The notes beneath the pieces are model-generated. The model ran no database searches. It saw nothing but the letters and a program-made list of their open reading frames with translations, and was not told where the DNA came from. A stretch of 64,000 nt of DNA from Prorocentrum cordatum. Its lineage: Eukaryota. Positions within the stretch are counted from its first letter, which is position 1; each line of letters begins with the position of its first letter. The stretch spans positions 2,418,001 through 2,482,000 of the forward strand of contig CAUYUJ010000001.1 in NCBI GenBank assembly GCA_963575745.1, written 5' to 3'. The position numbers and the translations under genes are program-made. Of this stretch, positions 63,401 to 64,000 are shown piece by piece.

Positions 63401-64000
63401 AGAAGAATACCCACCGTGTTTCCATTTATTGCCTCCCAGTGCGTTTCCGGCAGTATTCCACAGGAAAGCTTCTCGATTGTAACCCAATGGGGTTTCCAAT
63501 CGGTTTCCATTAGAAAGGGCCCGAACGTGTTTCAATAGAACGCATCCCTATCGGATCCCAACAGGACGCCCGCAGGCCCCATATCGAGGAATCTTGTTGG
63601 ATACCAGTGGGATTAATCTGGTGCCAACCGCACCAGGATTCCAATCGGATTCCTGCTGGATCCCATTCGGAAGCCACTTCACATATTCTCGCTTCAGGCG
63701 GGTCACTTTACAACCAACACGCTTCAGAGAGCGAAGTGTCTCCCTTACGTGGACCCACGGAGATTTCGGACAATGAAGAACATGTGTCGCTTAGCGTTTA
63801 CTCGCCTGGTTGTAAAGTGGTCTTCGTGGTTGTAAAGTGCCCTTCTGGCCGCTCTGGTTGCAATGTGACCCCCCCGCCCCACCCCCGCCGCGTTGCCACG
63901 TGATGAGTAAAAAGCGAACAATGTTTTGTTCACCCCCGCCCTGAGTTGTCACAAAACTCCTGAGTTGTCACGTGGCAAGTAAACTCGAATTGTATGTTGT
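57450..64000 (+). repeat. Copy of 33710-40260 (offset 23740), including a duplicate of HINE copy D at 59401-60348
   Basis: Both ends and the ORF-track translations match at a constant offset. Confidence 0.97.

Overview
GC-rich, repeat-dense eukaryotic DNA, almost certainly dinoflagellate: it has a perfect 22-nt DinoSL spliced leader at 1481-1502 (-), GC-AG introns and very long introns. Most ORF-track entries are artefacts of microsatellites and tandem repeats. Supported content: (1) one minus-strand DnaJ/Hsp40 gene with six identifiable exons spread over about 39 kb (43802 to 5047); its first 12.9-kb interval splits the KY|HPD motif and is bounded by Helitron2-like termini rather than canonical splice sites. 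(2) An intact-looking two-ORF LINE (ORF1 plus the start of an APE-endonuclease ORF2) whose 5' end is a complete DinoSL. (3) Several degenerate LINEs. (4) A DINE-1/HINE-like non-autonomous rolling-circle family (5 distinct copies plus one in the duplicated block) with subterminal inverted repeats, TT flanks and copy-specific 77/90/112-bp internal arrays; one copy carries the C-terminus of a PIF1-like helicase with its own GC-AG intron. (5) A 1.35-kb foldback palindrome, small MITEs, satellites and very long (GTA)n arrays. (6) A 100-N gap, after which 57450-64000 repeats 33710-40260, probably an assembly artefact. All calls come from manual reading; no database searches were run.
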